From Guillardia theta CCMP2712 (taxonomy: Eukaryota; Protista; Cryptophyta), in assembly GCF_000315625.1 (NCBI RefSeq), contig NW_005434604.1, positions 1 through 64,000 on the forward strand: a stretch of DNA of 64,000 bases, read 5' to 3'. Position numbers and translations under genes: made by a program. Shown here one piece after another: positions 58,501-64,000 of this stretch (position 1 is the stretch's first letter; each line of letters opens with the position of its first letter). The notes beneath the pieces are model-generated. The model saw only the letters and a program-made list of their open reading frames with translations, was not told the origin of the DNA and did no database searches.

Positions 58501-61431
58501 GAGCAACTCGCAGGCGTGAAGCTTGTCGTCCATGTTCTCGTCGATCAGCCTCATCGTCTCCAGCACTCGCTGCTCAAGGAGGGAGCACTGAACCGCGTGC
58601 TCCTGCTCCCTCCTCTCCCTCTTGCCGTGCAGCTCCGCGATCTCTCGCATGAGCTGCTCCATCTGGTCCTGCGTCTCCTTCTCCTTCCTCCTGCGATCCT
58701 CCTGCTGCTCGTCGAACAGCGCTTGCAAGCACGCATAGTTCTCGCTCCCCTGCGCTATCCTCCTCTCCCTCTCCGCCAGGCTCATCGAGAGTTCTTTCAC
58801 CTCCTCCCGCAATCGCTCGTTCTCCTCCTCCACCGCTCGCCACCTGCTCCTCTGGTCATGCTAGCAGGACTCGATTTGTCCCTCACCTCTCCTCCCTGAC
58901 TCGCCGCTGATCGCCTGCCTGTCCCTCCTGCCCTCCTCTGAGACCAGGACCAGCACTTGCATCCTCCAGCCCCCCGTGAGCTCTGGCGGAGACTTTGACG
59001 AGGCTGGTCAGGTGATGGTTCCTTGTCTTGAGGTCCCAAACTTCAGCCAGCAGAGCTTGCAGCGAGTCTGCCGCCTCCTCGTTCTCCTTCTTCAGCACCT
59101 CGTTCCTCCTCTCGCACCCCTTACCCGCACGCGTGAGCTCGGAACGCTGTAGGGAGGAGGGGGACGAAGGGGGGAGGAGCAGTAGAGAGGAGGCGGCATG
59201 GAGGAGGAGGGGAGTTCATCGGCAGACCTGCAGTTTGCTCTGCTGCAGCACGAACTCGTCTTCGAGCTTCTTTTTTGCCGCCTTCGTCTCCTTGTACTGC
59301 TCGTCGAACAGGTCAAGCTTTGACTTGCACGCAGCAAGCTCCATGCCCTGCGGAGAAAAATTCAAGGGAGGATGAAAGGGAGGATGAAAGGGACGATGAC
59401 AGGGAAGAGTGGGAGAAAGCGTGGGAGAGGAGGAGGTGAAAGAGGGAGGAGGGCGGGTAAGTGAATGCAGGAGAGGGATGAGAAACGGACCAGCCTGCTG
59501 TTCTCATGCTCTAGGATTGCGATTCTTTCTTCCCAGGAGGTAGTCGTGTTCGCGATCATCTTGTGCTCTGAAGAGCTCTTTGAGATCGATTGCAGTCGCG
59601 CTTTCGCATCCTTCAGCTCGATCTGAACAGCAGCGAAGGCAGGAGTCAGTGAAGCGAGGAGGAGGCGGAGGAGGAGGAGGTTGCGGAGGAGGAGGAGAAG
59701 GTGGTGGAGGAGGAGAAGGCGGAGGAGGAGGAGAAAATAAGGAATGCATGATGAGGAGGACAGGGCGGAAGGGTCGACGGCGGCGATGGCAGAAGTAGGA
59801 ACGTCAAGGTCAGGAGGAGAAGGAAGGAAACTTTCTCTCGCTCTCACTCTCGCTTGTTCAAGTTCCTCCCTCAGGGAGGTCTCTTGCACCCTGGACATCT
59901 CATCCTTGTGAGCGAAGGTCTCGAGGTCTCCCGCCATCTTGGAGGAAGCAGGTGAGGAGCAAGCAGGGAGGAAGGGATGAAAGTTACTCGCTGGACGATC
60001 TCTTGCTGGGATGCGAATGCCTGGAGTTGCCGCAGCTGCTCCGTTGCCGACTTCATCGCCAACTTTGACGAGAGAGCAGCGTCAAGGGTTGTCAAGAAAC
60101 AGGGAGAGGAAGAGGGAGGAGAAAGGGGGAGGAGGGAGAGATGGAATAGAGGGAGTGCGGGAGATGAAGACAGAAGGAAGGAAAGAGAGACGGATTATGG
60201 ATGTATGGATGGAGGGCAGGAGGGAGAAGATAGGGCAGGAGGGAGGATCTTCTCCCTCTTGCCCTCCTTCCTCCCTCCTCTACCCCGTCCTTCCTCCCTC
60301 CTCTACCCCGTCCTTCCTCCCTCCTCTTCTCCCTCCTCCCTCCTCTACCCCGTCCTTCCTCCCTCCTCTTCTCCCTCCTCCCTCCTCCCTCCCCTCCTCC
60401 CTCCCTCCTACCTCGGCATCGTTGAGTTTCAGTTGCAACATGGAGTTTTGCTGCCAACAGGATGAGCTGCAGCAAGGGTACCTCTTCTGCATCTTTCACC
60501 TTCATCAGCTCGTCCATCTCCCTCTGCCGCTCTGTGAGAAATTCCCTGTTGCAGTGCAGAAAATCAGCTCCAGCCTCCTCCTCCCCTCCCCTCCCCTCCC
60601 CTCCCCTCCTCTCCCCTTCCCTCCTGTCTCGTCGTCTTCTGCTTCTCTCCCCTTCCCTCCTGTTCTATCCTATGCTGTCCTCTCTCCCCTCGCATGCTCT
60701 GCTCTGCTCTCTCCTCCCCCTCCCTCCCCCTACCGTGAGTTCATCAGCTCGCTCTCAGCAGCAGACAACGTCGCCATCCTCTCTTCCATTCTCCTCATCT
60801 TCTTCAGGCATCGCTCCTGTCCTCGTCGTCAGCTCAGAGCGTGCGAAGGAGCAGCAGCGACCAGATCCGATCGCATCTCCTCCTGGTCTGCTCGCGCAGC
60901 TGCCTCGCTCTCCTTAGCCAGGTTGCAGTCGTCGATGGCCTTCTCGAGCTGATGGGAGCAAAGTGAACAACAAGACAGGAAGGGAAGGTAATGGTTGAAG
61001 GAGATGAGAACGAGTGAGTACAACCATGACAACAAGAGGAGATTTCACATGAGAAAAACAGAAGGGAAGACGCGAAAACAACAGCAAGAACGATATTTCA
61101 GCAAACATGAGTATGAGACAAGAATGTTTGAGCAACACACAGACATCGAGGCAAGAAACATCTGCTACCATCTCTGACGATCGTGCAAGCTCTCTCTCAA
61201 GCTCCTGGTGCTTCTGCAGCTGCGGCCTCACTCGGTTGAGCTCCGCCTCAAACCTCTGCCCATCAACCACAACGATGTCAGAAACGATTGACGGATGCTT
61301 GCCTTGCTCTAGTCTTCTGCCCCTCTCTGCTCCGCCCTGCCCTGCCCGCCCTGCCCTGCCCTTCTCCCTCTTCGCTTCACTTATGATCTCCTCTTTCTCT
61401 TTTCCTCTCTTTCTCTCTGTCTCTGTCTCTC

Positions 61432-61489
<58 letters not shown>

Positions 61490-63383
61490 CTTCCTCCCCT
61501 TTCTTCTCTCCCTCTTCTCTCACAGTTGCATCCACAGCTCGATCTTCAATCTCCTGCAGTATTGAATCAAATCGACGAGCAAGAACTTAAAATTCTCCTC
61601 ACATTCTCAAACTCCTTCAGCCTCTCGACCGCCTTCTGCCGCTCAGCCTGCAGGTCCGAACTGAAAGCATGAACCGTCCAGTCAGGTTGCTGCTGTTGTC
61701 GAACAGATGAGAGATTTAATCTCACCGGATCTTGTGGTTGTCTTGGCGAAGACGGAGAACCTTTAGCATCATCGTCATCGTCATCATCATCATCGCCATC
61801 ATCATCATCATCGCCATCATCATCATCATCATCGCCATCATCATCATCATCATCGCCATCATCATCAACATGATAGTCATGATTTGTCAATGCCATCTCT
61901 ACCATGATCATGATGATCGCCATCATTATCATCCCTCTCATTTTCATCATCACCATCATGATCATCGTCACAAAAGTCGTCGATGACGTTATCATCATCG
62001 TTTCCATCAGCAATCTCCCTCCAACAAGAAACTTACATCATCCCTCGCTCGCATCAAGGCTTCATAAGCGTTGTCTCGTTCCAGCATGGCCTGTCCTCCA
62101 CTCTCAGGCTCTTTCCCGACGATTCTTCCATCACCTTCTTGTTCTCTGAAATCTGCAACGACAACCTTTCCTCTAGCGCCTGTCGCCATTTGAGACGACC
62201 GGAAGGGCTGGAGGGGGAGGACGGGGAGGAGGAGGAGGAGGGGAAGGAGGAAGGGGGGGGTCCATGAAGTCACCTGGATCACTCCAGCCGCCTTAACTTT
62301 GTGCTGATAGAAGTTCTCCTCGGTCTGTTTGCACCTTGTTTCCGCTTCCTGCAAGACGGCTGACTGAGCAAAAGTCCTGTGAAATACACCAACCTCTCCT
62401 CCTGCTCCTGCTCCTGCTTCTGTCCCTCACTTCTCCTCTCCTCTATCCCTTTCTCCTCCTCCTCGCTCCTCCTCCTCCTCCTCCTCGCTTCTCCTCTTCA
62501 TTCTGGCCTTTCGTCATCATTCTCTTCCTCCATGACCTCCAACTTCTCGGTGAGCTCGTAGACTTTGGCTGACGTTTGCACGCGGACTTCAGTCTCTCGT
62601 GAAGCCATCCATTGCAAAGTGTCGTTTTGCTTCCTCAGGCGCAGATTTTCCTGCAGATAGACAGGAGGGAAGAGGGGATGGGAGGGGAGGGGAGAGGAGA
62701 GAAGGGGAGAGAGGAGAGGAGAGGAGAGGAGAGGAGAGGAGAGGAGAGGAGAGGAGAGGAGAGGTGGAGAGGAGAGGAGAGGAGGGGAGATGGGAGTAGA
62801 GTAGAGGGGAGGAGGATCGTAAGATTACATAACACGTGAAGCATTTCTCGCACATCAAGAACGGTTGAATGTTGCATTCCAAAGTTCATCGCGTTTGCTG
62901 AGAAGTTCTCCTGCGAGCAAGTGAGAGCAGCGAGTGGAAATACAAACTCCTTCCACCTCCTTCGTCTGCTTGAGAGTCTCTATGAGAGAAATTTGCTGCT
63001 CACTTTCCAGCTTGCGACGGGCAAGCTGGGTTTCAAGGTCCTGACGGGAAGTCAGGGAGGGAGAAGGAGGGAGGGAGGAAGCAATGCTGGGAGGGAGGTT
63101 GAGTAGGGTAGAGAGGGAGACGGAAGGGGGAGAGTAGAGAGGATAGGAGAAGGGCTGAGAGAGAAAGAGGAGGATGTAAAAACAGAAGTAAAGGGAGGAA
63201 AGGGCCCCTTGTGCCGCAGTCAGGAGGGAGGGCAGGAGAGAGAGCATGCATAGCGAGCGAGGTACTAGAACAGCAGGGGCAAGAAGATCAGGAGTAAGAG
63301 ACCTTCACTCTCTCCCTCGCTCTCTCCGTGTCCTTCAGCATACTTGACTGCAGCAGCACTCGCCGGTCAGAGCACGCTACAAC

Positions 63384-63436
<53 letters not shown>

Positions 63437-64000
63437 TCCTCTAGCAAGCAGGATCGACTGGTCTCTCCAGGAGTGTCTTGCCTGCATTTGGACGGCACTC
63501 CTCAGCTGATCTTCGAGCTGCGCGATGCGGCGGTGGGAGAAGTCGTCCTGGTTCGACTTGAGCTCCCTCTCGTGCCGCGCCTTCATCCCCTCCATGTCCC
63601 TCGTTAGACTGTCTCGCTCCTCCTTCAGCTCCTGCTGGGAGCTCAACGGCCAAGACGCCATCATCGGACGGCAAGCTCACCTCGTAGCGCGATCGGAGGA
63701 TGTTGAGCTGTGACATGAGGCTGGAGCGATCCTCGGAAGAAGACTGAAGGACCGGCGCCACGGCCTCCTTAACGATCTCATACAGCTTTTCTTTCTGCTG
63801 GTTTCGAGTAAGCTGCAAGCTCAAGATCATGTCGTCTGTCATGATGTTTTTGGTCCTGAAAGTCGAAGACCAAGATAAGTGGACCGCAAACAAGAAGAGA
63901 AGGAGGAAAGATTGGAGGAAGGGAGGGAGGGAGGGAGGGAGGGAGGGAGGGAGGGAGGGAGGGAGGGAGGGAGGGAGGGAGGGAGGGATGGAGGAGGATC
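55592..64000 (-). CDS. Very long coiled-coil protein, many exons; 5' end lies beyond the window
   Basis: Heptad E/K/Q/L-rich exons (MEEENERLREEVKELSMSLAERERR 57745-58833; QELKEERDSLTRDMEGMKARHERELK) separated by microsatellite-filled introns; no motor or other globular domain seen. Confidence 0.7.
57338..57592. repeat. (GAR)n purine-rich minisatellite in an intron
   Basis: Repeated GAAGAGGAAGAAGAAGATAAGGAGGAGCAA-type units. Confidence 0.85.
61768..62000. repeat. (CAT)n-rich intronic tract
   Basis: Direct reading; similar tract at 15395-15470. Confidence 0.85.
63385..63434. repeat. (CAG)n microsatellite, probably intronic
   Basis: About 16 CAG copies. Confidence 0.9.

Noticed and set aside
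56382-63300. Numerous poly-S/P/L/E/R ORFs on both strands
   Set aside because: Translations of intronic purine/pyrimidine microsatellites

Overview
Eukaryotic nuclear DNA, gene-dense and GC-rich. It has many short spliceosomal introns (some apparently GC-AG), microsatellite-filled introns and three 100-N assembly gaps. The style suggests a cryptophyte alga such as Guillardia theta (inference, not verified). Recognisable host genes: a GRAM-domain protein, a GBP/atlastin-family GTPase, an SLC43/Fmp42-like MFS transporter, a DHHC palmitoyltransferase, a STE20 (OSR1/SPAK-like) kinase, a TruA/Pus1 pseudouridine synthase, NOMO, a MIB/HERC2-domain protein, an ankyrin protein, a GT2 glycosyltransferase and large coiled-coil proteins. 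An accessory block at about 37.1-46.4 kb holds a deleted PIF/Harbinger transposon, a secreted LRR gene, two intronless frameshifted glycosyltransferase-type genes (GT32, DUF273) and a 5'-truncated CRE-like non-LTR retrotransposon. The best candidate for an undescribed system is the LRR gene: its 72-bp repeats are nearly invariant except at the codons for the ligand-binding face, as in agnathan VLRs. Also notable are a GBP GTPase with an apparent signal peptide and altered G4 motif, and a recurrent architecture at divergent promoters (CCGG-rich islands, GGGTAG/TACCC tracts, short palindromes). Multi-exon gene boundaries were read by eye and are approximate.
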